Assembly: GCA_031835245.2 (NCBI GenBank)
Contig: JAVKOQ020000090.1
Coordinates: 124,001 to 183,750 of the forward strand
Direction of reading: 5' to 3'
Origin: Balamuthia mandrillaris
Taxonomy: Eukaryota
Length of the DNA stretch: 59,750 nucleotides
Notes under the pieces: model-generated
The model's input: only the letters and a program-made list of their open reading frames with translations
Told to the model about the DNA's origin: nothing
Databases searched by the model: none
Shown: positions 1-13,247 of the stretch, piece by piece
How positions within the stretch are numbered: position 1 is the stretch's first letter
Layout of the letters: every line of letters starts with the position of its first letter
Position numbers and translations under genes: made by a program

Positions 1-2
1 GA

Positions 3-1463
3 AAAAGAGGATTTTCCATTATTCATTTCGTTGGAAAGAAAGAGAAAGACAAAAGCGGCACTTTCGAAAAAGTTTCTCCTCGTTCTTCAACTACCGCCAA
101 GTTTTCTTTGGCTTCTTCTGAAATACCAGCGACGAGAAAGAAAGAAGAGAAAAAGGAAAAGAAGAAACAGGAAGAACCAGAAGCAGAAGAGGAAGACACG
201 ATGATCATATTTTCCGAAGAAAATGAAGCGGTGGTCGTTGCCAACTCTCATATGTACAACTACGACAGTGTTCGGTTTTCAAACAACACCATAAAGACCG
301 AAAGAGCGTCAGAACAGCTTATCCACAGCAACAAGTTGAGGATAGAACAATTGGCAGCTATTACCAGCAGTACTAGTGAATGGAACATTGATGACGATGA
401 CGAGGAAGATAACGAAGAAGAAAAGGAAGGGAAAGCAAAGAAAAAGCAAACGAACAAGAGTAAAGCCAAACTTCATGATACAAAAGAAGCAGGAGAAGCA
501 GAAGAGACGCAAAGCGCACAAGATCTTCTCAACAAATACTTTTCTCCTCGTGGACAACGGAATCAAGAACAAAAACAAGAAACAGAAGTGGAAGAAGAAC
601 ACAAAACCAAAACTAAGTCGACCACAGCAACAAAAGCAACGAAACATGAACATCATCATCAACCCAAAGGCAAATCGAAACACGGTGCTCCTAAAAAGAA
701 GAGAACGGAAGAGGAGAAAGAGGAAAAGAAGGCAAGAAAAGAGATGAGAGAGCTCAACAAGTATTTGAAGGAAGAAGCGGAAAGTGTACTTCTATATTGG
801 CCTTTTGCCTCATCGTTCGATTATGTTGAAGTTGCGGGACAACAGCAGGAAGAAGAATTGGAGAATGTTGCCTCAACGACGCCATTAATTCTTCAAGAAG
901 AGAATAGAGGACATAAAGAGGAAGGTCCTACAGCGAAGAAAGCACAACACAAAGACGAAAGAGCATCAAATCGCGAAGAGAAAGAGAATAGTGAAAAACA
1001 ACGCGTTGTAGCAAAGACACAGGTAGAAGAAAGTAAGCAAACTGGAGAAGCAACAGTTGAAAGCCATTCACCGGAGGAGGGAAGATGTGAGAAACCAACT
1101 TACAATGAAGAAACGGTGCCCGAAGTGGAAGGTGAAGGTTGTGAAACAGAAGAGACTAAGGAAGCAAAAGAAAAAGATAAAGAAGAAGAGGAACAAACCA
1201 TGAAAAGGAAAGAAAAAGATGATAAGGAAATTACCGCGTCTCACCCTGCCTCCGCTGTAGCCGACGAAGAGGAGGAAGAGGAGGAAGAACAAGATGAAAA
1301 GGAACGGCGAGAAGCAGCGCCACAGTTATCTCTGGCGGCGCTTACAATGAACCACCCAAACCCTGTCACGAGAGCGAAATCCTTGTTGAGCTCTTTCGGG
1401 GTGGCCGCCGTTTCCGCCAGCCTTGCTGCTTTGCTCACGTTCTACGCCTCCAATCCTTCTTAA
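3..1463 (+). CDS. Hypothetical Glu/Lys-rich, probably tail-anchored protein (5' partial)
   Basis: Frame is open from the window start through TAA at 1463. Charged low-complexity body ends in a hydrophobic segment (LLSSFGVAAVSASLAALLTFYA) just before the stop. Confidence 0.6.
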   Translation, partial: KRGFSIIHFVGKKEKDKSGTFEKVSPRSSTTAKFSLASSEIPATRKKEEKKEKKKQEEPEAEEEDTMIIFSEENEAVVVANSHMYNYDSVRFSNNTIKTERASEQLIHSNKLRIEQLAAITSSTSEWNIDDDDEEDNEEEKEGKAKKKQTNKSKAKLHDTKEAGEAEETQSAQDLLNKYFSPRGQRNQEQKQETEVEEEHKTKTKSTTATKATKHEHHHQPKGKSKHGAPKKKRTEEEKEEKKARKEMRELNKYLKEEAESVLLYWPFASSFDYVEVAGQQQEEELENVASTTPLILQEENRGHKEEGPTAKKAQHKDERASNREEKENSEKQRVVAKTQVEESKQTGEATVESHSPEEGRCEKPTYNEETVPEVEGEGCETEETKEAKEKDKEEEEQTMKRKEKDDKEITASHPASAVADEEEEEEEEQDEKERREAAPQLSLAALTMNHPNPVTRAKSLLSSFGVAAVSASLAALLTFYASNPS

Positions 1464-1565
1464 GACTCCTCTGGGCAAATGGAAAACACCTTCTATGGGA
1501 CCTCCATGTATACATTCACAAACAAGTGCAAGACTTTGTTAAATTATTTGTTGCTTTCGTTTTTG

Positions 1566-4500
1566 TCATAACAACAAGTCTTTGGATCCAAAGGCTGAAG
1601 GAAGAGAGGGGAAAGAAGGGCTCATCATTGGGCTCTGTGGAGAGCCAGCGTGAAGCAGGAGCTCCAGACGAGCATCGGCACGAAGAGCGGCGACGTGCTT
1701 GTCCCTGCACAGCAGAATATCTGGCAGCTTTCGCAACCGCTTGATGCTCTCCGCAGCAACCCCAAAGTCCTCAGCCACAACTCTCCTCAGCTCAGCGATG
1801 GTCCTCCGTTCCAGCATCACTTCCATAAAGTCTTCCCCAAATTCTTCGATTTGTGGGCAACGCACCAGCAGTCGCAACGCTTCTTCGGGCTCTGCCGGTT
1901 GTTCTTCTATGACCGTCTTCGCAGTTGCCATCGTGGTTGGTGCTGTGTTATGAGTCTTGCGAGCGGATTTGACGCGAGGGCTCTCTTGGGATGCTTTCTT
2001 CTTCCCTCGTTCCCTGCCCCCACTCCTTGGAGTCTTCTTTGTCCGTTTGTTACTTGCTTTTTCTTCTCCAGTAGTATAGGTTGCAGTGTGTATTGCAACC
2101 TGCTCTATGTCGATGGGCTGAACTCTTGCGCAAGAGGACGAAGGAGCACCGATGGGGGAAGAACAAGAGGAACATACCACTAGATCATGGCTAGAGGCCA
2201 CCGTTACTTGTGAATGAGATCTTCGTGGTGGAAACCCGGACGAGCACGAGCCTCGTGCTTGTGATAACTCTGGATGACTTCCAAAGCGAGGCCGCCTGAT
2301 CCTGCCTTGCTCCGCCTCCTTTGTATCAGTAATTTTGTCGATGCCGTTATAGCGATTATTGTGGTTGGTGTTAGTGTTGTTGTTCGCTACATCGTTGTGG
2401 TTAACAGCCGAGAAAGAGGATCGTTGTCGCAATTCCCAAATGCACAATGGCAGCTCTTCGTCGAGAGACGCGCCCCAAATGGTTGCGGTATCGGCTCGTA
2501 AGAGATGTCTCACAAGGTCTTTGTGCGTTGTTCTCGTGTCTATCTCGCCCACCACTTCCAATGTCTATGTGTTACGGAGTATGCTTAGCCAAAAAAATGA
2601 AGTGAGATACGACAGATATCAAGAAGGAATGCACCTTTGCGTTCCATATAACTACAGCAGGAGCGGTACATGCCCAAATGTGATCGTCCACCAGCAGGAG
2701 GGACTTGACAGCAGCGTGAAGGTTGAGGCGCAGATGCAGAACCGGCGGCTGGTTGGCCTTTGGCATGCCAACCTCCCAGATGCAAATGTAGCCGTCGTCG
2801 GAGGCCGTCCAAACCTGCCCAAAAGGCGTCTTTACGATGTCTTTCACCGGTCTGGTGTGTTGTCTTAGTTCCATCCTCGTTATGGAAGGCCTTCGCGCTC
2901 TCCTGTTCCCATTATCTGTTGATAACGATTGCATAGAATCCGATGATGGCAATGCTTGGATATCTTTTAAAGTTTTGCGTGGGGGACTCTTCTCTTTTTT
3001 GTGTTTGCTATCGTTTGCTTTCTTCTTCCCTTTCCGTTCTGTGCTTGGGCTCTTTGTTGATTCTTTTATCTTGTGCTTTCCATTCCCGTCTTTCCTGTCT
3101 CTTTCCTCTTCTACCTTTGGGAAGGTATCATCCACATTAAAGTCTTCATCTATCTCTTCCACCGAGTCCATCTCCAAAAGAAGATTGCTACGCCGATGCT
3201 CGGCCCCAACCCACACTCTTTGGTTATCCTGACAGAAAATACAAACTACAGGAGCACCCACATTGATTACCTTCAATAACGCCATCTGCAATGTTGATAT
3301 CGAGGTTAACTACTTTTAACTATCTGAGAGACGTACAAACCTCATCTCCATTCCAAATGGAGAGGTTGCCATCACGGCCACCACAGAGGACAACGGTATG
3401 GTTATGCGCACTTGCCATCTTCGTTAGATGAGAGATACCATTGTGATGGTTTCCCAACCGTGCCACCGCAGAGTGATCCTATTATTTTTAAGCCATTGTA
3501 AGTGTCTTCTCTTTCTCGTTGAGTGGAGACGATAATACAAACCGAAGCACTCCAAACGAGGATAGAAGACAGGTGGTTGCACGCAGTCCAGACTGTATTA
3601 CCAACTTGAAGAATGCTGTTCACTCTTGTTGAGGCTATTGGAAACGTACTACTACGCACAATCTCTGCCTTTACGTGTTCCATTTTGTTTCCTTTCTCTA
3701 CAGAAGAAGAAGACATCTTGATTTCTTTCTCACACAAAAGGTCCTATCAGAACACGTTTAGCACAGCGAGCATGATTAGTGAGATGAAAGAAGAAGAAAG
3801 AGAAGGACTCACATTCATGTCAAATACTCTAATAGCACCATCATAGCCTCCGCTCCAGACCTTCTTTTGCGTGACTCCAGAGTTGTTCTTCACTGATATT
3901 AAAGCCAAACAATGCGCCTTAAACTTGGCGATGTGGTTTGGAGATGAACTTGGGAATCCTCTAAACTCGGCGTGCAAAGGAGGAGTGGTGGTTGTCTTTG
4001 GTTCCTTGTTGTTGCTATTCAACTTCTGTGGATAGCTTTCTTCTTCATGGTTAACTGTAGCTGGCGGAGGATGACCGTTGGAGTGTATAGCGTCACTACC
4101 GTTGATGTGGTTGGTATTGGACGAGTTTGAACGTGGCGTTGATGTTGTGTTGTTCAAAGGAGTAACTCTTGGTTCCTCTTCACTTTCGTGTTCGTCCTCT
4201 GCATCTGCCCCCTCATCGACGATTTCAGTAAGCACCACACTTCTGCGTTCTCTATCTTTCGCTTTCTCCCTTCCTCGCTCTTTTTCTGCCTCTCTTTCCT
4301 TCGCTTTCTCTGTCGCTTGCTCTCTGCTATAGTGGTCTTGTCGTTTAACTTCATCTTTGATGGGGCCTTGCATCACTGCTCCCTTCAGCTTTAGGTCGTC
4401 TGATTCCAATGGGAATACTGCTCCGGGATACAAAGCTTCATCTTCGGAAGAGCGTGCTCCTTCCTCGTCATCCTGTTCTTTTTGTTCTTCTCTCCGTTGT

Positions 4501-5125
4501 TTTTGTTTCAGTTGTTCTGGTTGTTGTCGTATCTTCTTTCCACTATCAACAAGATCTTCAGAACTCTCCTCAGAGATAGCCTGTTCTGTGGGTGGTACAA
4601 TATGATGATGTAACGTCGGTGCTCGGCTGCGTCGCGTCTTGACAACCCGATTATCAGCAGGTACCATGATGTGTTGCAGCTGTAGCTTTTCAGTCTGCTG
4701 CTCTTCCTGCTCCCAGGACAGCGTGCAAGGTACTTGCAGCCCCAATGGGTCTGAAAGGAGTGGCATTGGATTGTCAGAAGCTAGCTCTTTGGAGCTACGC
4801 TTGGCACGGCATTCTAATACTGTTTTGATGAGGCCTGAAAGAATGCTTTGTGGCCGTTGTGCAGTAGCTTGCAGGAGGAATGGGTGCTATATTGTCCATC
4901 GTTAGTTTTGTGGGTCTGGTATCAGAAACAGAGAGAGAGAGAGAGAGAACTACTTGTAAAAGCTCAACCGCGGATGGCCGTTTAGATGGATTTTTCAAAA
5001 GGCAGGCCGCTATAAAGTCACTAAAGCTCGAAGACCACTTTTCCGGCTCGCGAAGTTTTGGGCTGTTTTCCAGACATATCAACACAATGGCCTGCAACAT
5101 GCAAATAAGGTTCGTTTAAATGCCA

Positions 5126-5161
<36 letters not shown>

Positions 5162-8022
5162 CCTTGCAGGATGGAGATTATAATAGGGAGGATGGCCTTC
5201 TGCTAGCTGCAGTGCAGTAATCCCCAACGACCAAATGTCAATCTTGCTAGGATCGCTTTCAGGGTCTTCTCCGTTCAACACCTCAGGGCTCATGAATAAC
5301 GGAGTGCCCATTATACCAGTCGACATCAAAGAAAGGCTGCGCAGCCTCTGTGATGTACCAAAGTCTGCTATCTTGGCGGTTCCGTCTTCTGACAACAATA
5401 TGTTTCCTGCTTTAAGATCCCTTTAGGGAGGCAAGCGCATTAAATGAGGTGAACAAGAGAAGAGAGACTAATGATAGCAAGAGAGCGAGACCTGTGAATG
5501 ATTTTTCTGGAATGGAGGTATTGAAGACCTCTTACTACGCATACAAGGATGCTCGCTATCTCTGCTTCTTTCAAGCTTCGAGTTCGGGATTGTTTTTCCA
5601 TAATATTTTGTACGTCCTGAATGGAACCTACTCCACAAAACTCCATCATTATCTGTATACATTCGAGCCCCTACTTTTAGTACAGGTGTTGCCAAGAGGG
5701 AGGGGGAGGGAGGGAGAGAGCGAACGGAGAGAAGAAAGGAGAGGAGAGAAGAGAGGACGAGAAAACGAGAATGAGAGGGAAGGAGAGAGGAAGGAGGAGA
5801 AACGAGAGAGAGAGAACGAGGGCGAACGTACCCACATGGCGTGTCTTCGCAAGCTACAACCAAAATAGCTGACGATGTAAGGACTTCGACAGTTGTTCAG
5901 CACTTCAATCTCTTCTCTTATCCGCTTGGCTTCCTTGCGGGAGGCACCTTGGATTTGGATGCATTTCAAGGCCAGTATGAAAGAGGTATCCTTGTGCTTC
6001 GCTTTATATACTTTGCCAAAAGCTCTGTTGGGTGAGCCAACGTGAGTTATATAACGTCAACAAACCCCACAAAGAAGAAGAAAGAAGAGAGTCACCCGTG
6101 ACCAAGCTTCTGGAGGATGGTGAACTCCTCCACGAGGTCCTCTCCCGTCCAGACAAAGTTAAAGTCCACATGGATCTTGTGACGGACGTTACTTGGGGCT
6201 GATATGATGATGCTGGGTCCTCCCTTTTTGTTGTTGTTCTTCTCTTTCTCTTTCCTCTTCGTGCTGTTCGGCGAGAAGTTGCCGGAGCGCTCCCCTTCCT
6301 CTTGTGGCTCTTCCTCTTCTTCCACCACAGCTCCTCCGCTTCTTCTCCTGGTGAGCTCCGCACTTCCGGCTCTGCTTGCTTTCGATCTCTGGAGGCGCAG
6401 ACGGTCGAACATGGCCGACATGTTGTTGTGCTTCGTAGGAGAGGAGCCCGTGCTGGTGCTTTGCTTCTTCTCTTTCTCCCTGCGTTTGGAGGAGGGAGGC
6501 CTCCTCCTCAAAATGTATATCTTCTTTGGAGGGCTGATGCCTAGACTTACGCCTCCGCCTCCTCCACCGCCGCCACTCTCGCTTTGAACGTCGTCTTGCT
6601 GCTGCTTCGTGCGTTGCTCCAACTGTCGGCGGGCTTCCAGAGCCTTCAACCACCCCGGCGACTCTCCCTTCTTTGCAGCTTCCTTGATTGAACTGGCAGC
6701 GCCTCTCAGCGACCTGCTCCGTCCTCGCCGCTTCCCCTTCTTCTCCTTTGGCTCCTTTTCTTTGGCACCACCATCCCCCGCCGAGAAGTCCAACAGCTGC
6801 TCCACTCCTGCATCGCTCACTTGGCATTCACGCAAGCTATTATGATTAACAAGCAACCAAGAGAAAGAAAGAGGAGGAAGAACCAAGAAGAAGACGAAGA
6901 GAGAGAAGTACATGGAGTGGGGCAGTTTTCCCCCAGGAGGCTGATAAGCTTGCGGTTGGAGCGGTCCCTCTGGGAGGTAGTCCGTGGGAGGAGCGGGGGC
7001 AGCGGACAGCTCCCACCAAGCGTTCTCCTCTCGCTGATCTTCACGCTGCCCACACTGCCTCTGCGCTCCCCAGTGGCGGCGCTGATGGTGGCGATACCAG
7101 TAGCGGCCGTGACGGTGCCCTTCTCCTCCTCTTCCTCATCCACCCAGAGCGCCGACTGCGGCGTTACTCCCTCGTAGGAGCGAGAGCGAGCTCTTCGCCG
7201 GGTGCCCACCCCACTTGCGCCATTACTGTGGCCGACTGCACCGCCTCTGCCTCCTCCGTTGTCGCCGACATGTTCGCTGCCGCTGGAGAGCTGCTCCGCT
7301 GTTTGTTTGGGGATGAAAGCCGGGGAGGCCTCCGAGGTCAGCAACAAGCTTTCCGCTCCTTTTCCAGTCGCTATGAGGACGGTGCCCTTCTTCCACGGGG
7401 GTGTATGTTGTGGTGGCGATTGTGGCGATGCTTGTGGTATTGGTACTGGTGCCGTTGTTGTCGTTGTGTTGGTGGGGTCCTCCGCTTTTGTTGTTTCTTT
7501 GTTGCTGACTTGTGCTTCCTCCTTCTCTTCTTCTTCTTCTTCTTCTTTCTCCGCCTCTCCGCTTCTTAATAGGGTATGAACGGCAAGGGGCCTGGCCTCC
7601 ACAACGGGTTCTTGGTGGGGCAAAGACAAGGCCTCCGGTTCCAACGGAGTCACCTGCTCGACCTCCCAGCTCTCGGGGCTGACCCTGACCTTCCACTCCT
7701 CCCAGGAGGGCAGCAGCTCCGTGACCAGTGAGGAGTAGCTCTCCATCCTGGTGCCACCACCACTGCTGCTGGCAGGATAGCAGCTCTGCTCCTGGCGGAG
7801 AAGCTTCTTCCACTCGGCCCCTTCCATTCCAACCTCCTCCTCCGCTTCCTGCCAGAAACTTTGGTCCCTTTCCAAAGCCCTACCCACATCTTCTTTGTCA
7901 AACACCCACGCTTCAGGGCTAGGCGGATCCGAGAGGCTGCGCGTCCTGGCCCTGTCCACCTGTGACTTTCGCCGTTCCCCAGGAACTCTTACCTCACCGC
8001 TGCTTCCTTCCATGCTGCCCAT
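1566..8022 (-). CDS. CRIB-containing STE20-family Ser/Thr kinase with WD40-like repeats and a C-terminal ANKRD40-like ubiquitin-fold domain (~11 exons)
   Basis: Spliced translation gives CRIB ISAPSNVRHKIHV, GHGAFGKV, ALK, HRDLKAGN, DFG, GTPLFMSPE, DIWSLGIT. Then WD-like repeats (VWSGGYDGAIRVFD, GGRDGNLSIWN, VWTASDDGYICIWE). GT-AG introns restore the frame. Confidence 0.85.
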
Positions 8023-8327
8023 CGGCCCTATGCCCCTCTTCCCCCCTTCTTTCCTCCTCCTCCTCCTCCTCCTTCCTCTTCCTCCCCGTAGTGGGTAACT
8101 AGGCGCTTCTTCTCTCTTGTGTTATTTATGCCCGTCAACCTTCCCTTTGGAGCTGCACCCCATCAGACAGTGCCCTGCTTAGCTAGTTTTTTCCCTTTTT
8201 TATGGTGTGGGGCGGCCAAGACATCTCCCAACCGCGAGATGCACCCCGCGGGGAGGGCTCCTTTTGCTCGGTGTTGTTGTTGATGATGTACTTTATAAGG
8301 ATACTGGTGACGATTGGCGAAGGAGTA

Positions 8328-10831
8328 ATGCGTGAGCTTCAATGTCGACCTGACATTGAACGACGTTTACCTTCTTTATTGACGGAGAAGAGGCGAATCT
8401 ACTCGAGAAAGAAACGGAGCAGCTTGAAACAAGGAATGGAAGAGCCAATTGAAAATGAAGTTACTGCTTCGGTGGGGATCGGATGCACCCAAACTTTGAA
8501 AGTGGAGCTCGAAGTGTGCCGAAAGGAAAACGCGGAGCTGAAAGTATGCAGTCCTTTCTCTCTTTGTCGTCCTCTTGTTAACTTGCCGTGCATACACCCT
8601 AAAGGTAGCTATTGAAGAGCTCCAAACCAGATTGAACGGAGTGGAAGCATTACTTGGTCTCGTTCACATCAAGTCTGAAAGAAGGTGGGAGAAGCTGCGA
8701 GAGCTAAGCCGGAGAGGAGCACAGTTTCAAGGTGATGTGCACCAAGCTTTTGTTTCATTGGAAGAAGAGCACTCTTCCGTGCCTCCCTCTTCCACCTTGG
8801 CGAAAGACTCTCCTTCCACCAGCCGTCTAAGAAACAGCAGTCATAAACAGAGACGTGGCGCTTTTCCGAAATGGCTGGAGCTTCCTCCCGAGGTCATGTT
8901 GAACATCTTTTGTATGTTGAAAGGAAAGGACTTGGCGAGAGTACGACTCACATGTCGGCAGTGGGCAGCCGTTGGAAGAGACGACACGCTGTGGTTACTT
9001 CTCTACGCGCGTAAGTGGTTCAATGACGCTCGAGCAGGAGAAGAAGAGGAAGACGAGGTGTTCGAGTCAATGAACCGAGAAAGAGGGAAACACCAACGAA
9101 AGAGAAAGAAGGAGTTGCAGGAGGCGGTTGAATGGGCATCAGAAAAGAGCTGTCTCGACACATATATCATGCATAGACTTGAAGCGATAGACAGAAAGCG
9201 GGAAGAAGGCCTGACTACCACAAAGCTAAAGAGCTCAAAATCCAAGGCCAAAACGAAAAACGCTTCGTCATCACCCTCTTCTCCAAGTTGGATGGATCGT
9301 TTCTCCCTAACATCGACCCTGATGAAGAACTGGAAGAATGGGAAAGCAGCGCTGCTTTGTGAACAACTCTCGCCTACGAAAGTAAGTTGCATCAACCCCC
9401 GCTCTTCGCTCCGACTTGTTTGACTCATCGTCGTCACTACACCAGAAGGGAATCGTTTGTGTGGATTGTTGTTTTGAGACAGAACAGCTGGTGGCAGGCT
9501 TGTCATCCGGCGGAGTGGCCTACTGGGACTTGGCTCTCCCTTTGCCCACCAGCAATGACATCGCCACCAAAACAGCGCCTACCACGTTTCATACCTCCTC
9601 TGGCAGCAAGGAGGTCAGAGACCTCAAGATACGCGGCTCGCGTTGTGTATGTTGCGATTTCGCAGGAGTTGTCTCCCTCTGGAACCTTAACACGTTTGAG
9701 ATGCTCAACAAACTTACCGTTCCTGCTGGGCTTGGAGTGTACACGGTGGAGCTTCATGACGAGAGTGAGTTGGTGGCTGTTGGCTCGTTGTATAAAGCCC
9801 TGTTGATCAACTTTTCCCGTGAACCTGCCGAGGTTGGTTTCCCTGCTTGCTTTCTAATACCGTTGGTGATGCTTAATGGTTGTTGCTCGTTGCAAAACCA
9901 AATATATATATCAGGTTGTTGGGGAGCTATCACAGGATGCTGCTTGGGTTACGTCGCTTCAGATAAAAGGCTCAACAGCTGTAACGCTGAACTGGTTGTG
10001 TGCTGGTGGTCACTGGATAACAGGTTGATGTTTTTTGACCGTTCAACATGAATGCCGTTTCCATTACTTAATCTTTAGGTGTAATAGCGTGGGACTTGAG
10101 CACTGAACAACAAACAAGAACGTACAAAGATATTGATCGAGTCACTCAGGTCCGATACGATGGCGTATCCATCATTGCCGCTGCTTCCTTAGATAAAAAC
10201 GTATGGATTGCTTGACTTTCTCTTGTCCTTTCATATGCTTTTAGCTTCTCCATGCTCTTTTCTTCCTCTGTCTTCTGCTCACCAATCTTCTTGTTCTTCT
10301 TCTTCTTCTTCTTCTTCTTCTTCTTCTTCCGGTGTTTACACTCTTGGCCTTGCTTTAAAGGTATACTTGTGGGACATAAGACAGAAAGATTGTCGCTCGG
10401 CGCTAAGCATGAAGCATGACTCCGGAGTGGACCGACTTGACATGAACGCCTTCCACGTGCCCAATGGCTGGCGGTTCGCATCAGGCACTCACCGTGGTGA
10501 GGTAGTGTTGTGGGACCTTCGCAAAGCACGACAGCCTTTGGCGACAACCGGCATGACGGAGAGCAAGGAGGAAGGGCAAGAAGCACAAGAGCTTCGGAGA
10601 GGTGCATCATCATCTCCCTCTCCTTCTTTCGGTTTCTTCAGAGAGCGACCGCAAAGCAAAGAGTTCAGAGTTCATAGGAGGAGCAAGCTGCTGGTAACAT
10701 CCAACGAGGCGCCGAGGAGAAGCAAGAGCAAGAAAAAGGTGTTGGGCCTGTCCACAAATGCATGGAAGCTCATGTCCGCCGATGAGAAAGGGTGGCAGAT
10801 CGTTGACTTTGCCCCCAACAGCGCCGGGTGA
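8328..10831 (+). CDS. F-box/WD40-repeat protein (~6 exons; start could be an upstream in-frame ATG)
   Basis: F-box WLELPPEVMLNIFCMLKGKDLARVRLTCRQW...LW. WD repeats GLSSGGVAYWD, CDFAGVVSLWN, ASGTHRGEVVLWD. Confidence 0.8.
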
Positions 10832-10961
10832 CGGTATCCCTCGCAGTTCTTTTCAACGTTGAAACGTTGCACTGGTTTTTCTTGTGTTAAAAAACAAGTC
10901 GTTCGCCATTTGCGAAATTAAAGCAAACCAAAAGGAAGAAACGGAAAGAATAGACGGGAAG

Positions 10962-11131
10962 ATGTCGCGGGAGTACTCTTTGTTGATCAGCACCGCAAAG
11001 AGCATGTTGGAAAAGGACGGCCACAACGGTCGGTCCCGGTGGGAAGAGGCCAAGGAGGCCGCTTTGGCCTTTGCAGATATATGTTGTGACTTTGATACAG
11101 ATGGCTTAGTCGACGTTTTCTTTTATGGTGA

Positions 11132-11162
<31 letters not shown>

Positions 11163-11205
11163 CTTCTTCTTCTTCTTCTGCTTCTGCTTCTCCTCCTTCT
11201 TCTTG

Positions 11206-11236
<31 letters not shown>

Positions 11237-11923
11237 GCTGCTTCTTCCAACCTTCTTCCTCTTCCTTCCTTTTCTGTTTGATGGCTTGTAATGATGGCCT
11301 CACAGGAGAGGAAGAAGAGACGTCACGGCCCTTTCAGGTTACCTCTGCGGAAGAGCTGAAGCAGCAGTTTGACGTTAAACCAACTGCCAAGAAGTCTTTC
11401 GTCACGAAATGCCTTCAACGGGCTATCGACAACTTTCCACTCACAGACATGGTAAAACGCTTTTCTTCTTCTTTGCTCCTTTGCTTCTTTGCTTCTTGCG
11501 TTTGTTCCTTCTTTCTTCCTCTGCTTCTCGTTCACGTTCCTCTGCGATGCATTACCCTGTGCTGTGTTGCAACTAAACTTCCAACCGTGCTGCAGCACAC
11601 CATCATAGTTATAACGGACGGCCAAATGAATGACCAAGAGAAGCTCATCGCTCTGATCAAGGACACCGCACAACAATTGGAGAATGATGAGTTCGAGCTC
11701 CTCCTCTTCCTTTTACCCTCAGTTTGGTCTGACTTCATTCGCAGGAACCTGGCCATCTCGTTCATTCAGGTGGGCAAAGACAAGGCGGGCAAGCGTTTCC
11801 TGAAGATGCTGGACGATGAGCTGGTGAAGGACGGCTGCAAGTTTGACATCGTGGACACCAAGACATGCACAGAGGTGAAGCAATTGGGCCTCGTGGAGAC
11901 CTTACGCCAAGCCATCACCGATT

Positions 11924-11925
<2 letters not shown>
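10962..11925 (+). CDS. Standalone von Willebrand factor A domain protein (4 exons)
   Basis: REYSLLISTAKSM...SRWEEA...IIVITDG...LAISFIQVG...FLKMLDD...FDIVDT matches the small bacterial/fungal vWA family pattern. Confidence 0.8.
11133..11247 (+). repeat. (CTT)n microsatellite in intron 1 of the vWA gene
   Basis: Directly visible tandem CTT with variants. Confidence 0.95.
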
Positions 11926-11964
<39 letters not shown>

Positions 11965-12279
11965 AGATATAAATTAAAAAAAATATGCAAAAAAACACAA
12001 GCGGAAAAGAAATGGCAAGGGAAAAAAGGGCAGTAAAAAAGTCCCTGCGCTTCCCTGCTATTTCCTGCGGGGGAAAATTAGTGTCGACAAGGACCACGTT
12101 CAAACCAAACCATTGCGCGTTGGTCCAAACAAAAAAAATGTCGACATACAAAAAATAGTGTGGTGAAAAAGAGCTCACATAGTACACAAACGCTGTGGTT
12201 TTGTCTACAAAAATTACCTAGCCAGCCGTGTACGCGCATTGCGCTTGACACCCCCCTTCGAAACAAAAGAGGGGGGGAA

Positions 12280-13211
12280 ATGCGCAGAGGCGGAGTAGCA
12301 TGGCTCCTGCGGAGGAGAGGTAGCGGAGGCCTCCAGCACCGCGCCCGCGTAGCGAAGGGTTTGCCACTGCCGGTCGACGCTTGCCCGCATGGGTGGACTG
12401 CTGCTGCTGCTACGAGGCTGCATTCACCTCGCCACGCTCTTTGTAGGGCTTGTTCTTCCTCCCCCTCTGCTAGGGGATCCGATTACACCACCGTGCAGGA
12501 GGCTCTTTCCAAGGCCACACGAGTGCTTTTGGAGCGGTCCTCTCCGGAGGAAGGAGTAAAGCTTGATGAGGAGCTAGCCCGGTTGGAAGCGTCTGTGCTG
12601 TTGATGCACGCGATAAGCAAAGCCCCATCTCCCGCTGCTGGCGGGCGGGTCTTGAGGTCACGAACGGACCTTTTGGCTCTGTGGCGACATCGCGTGCCGC
12701 CTGCAACGTTGGAGCTTTACTGGGACTATGTTCGTCGTCGGACGGAGGCGGAGCCTGTGGCTTACATAACCGGCCGTAAACAGTTTTGGGGACGCGACTT
12801 TGAGGTCGTTGAAAAACAAACGTTAATCCCACGACCTGATTCTGAGACTGTACGTTGCTCTCTTCCTCGTAGATGTCCTCTCTTTCTGCTCTACCTTCGC
12901 TTCTCTCGCCTTATCTTCCTCTGCTTCTCTTTTCCCTCCTCCATACTTATGAAGTGGCTCCAAAGTTAATAGAGTGTGCAGTGGAACTGTACTCTCCCTC
13001 AACATGTGCGCCACCCAAAAGCATCCTCGACCTAGGCACCGGCACCGGTTGTCTGTTATTATCCCTTTTGCACGAGTTTCCCACGGCCAGCGGTCTTGGC
13101 ATCGATACTAATGAAGTGGCTCTTACGATAGCCTACAGAAACGCAGATAATCATGGCCTACTATCTCGCTGCTCCTTTCGGAACATGTAAGCAACACTTG
13201 GAATTATTTTT

Positions 13212-13247
<36 letters not shown>

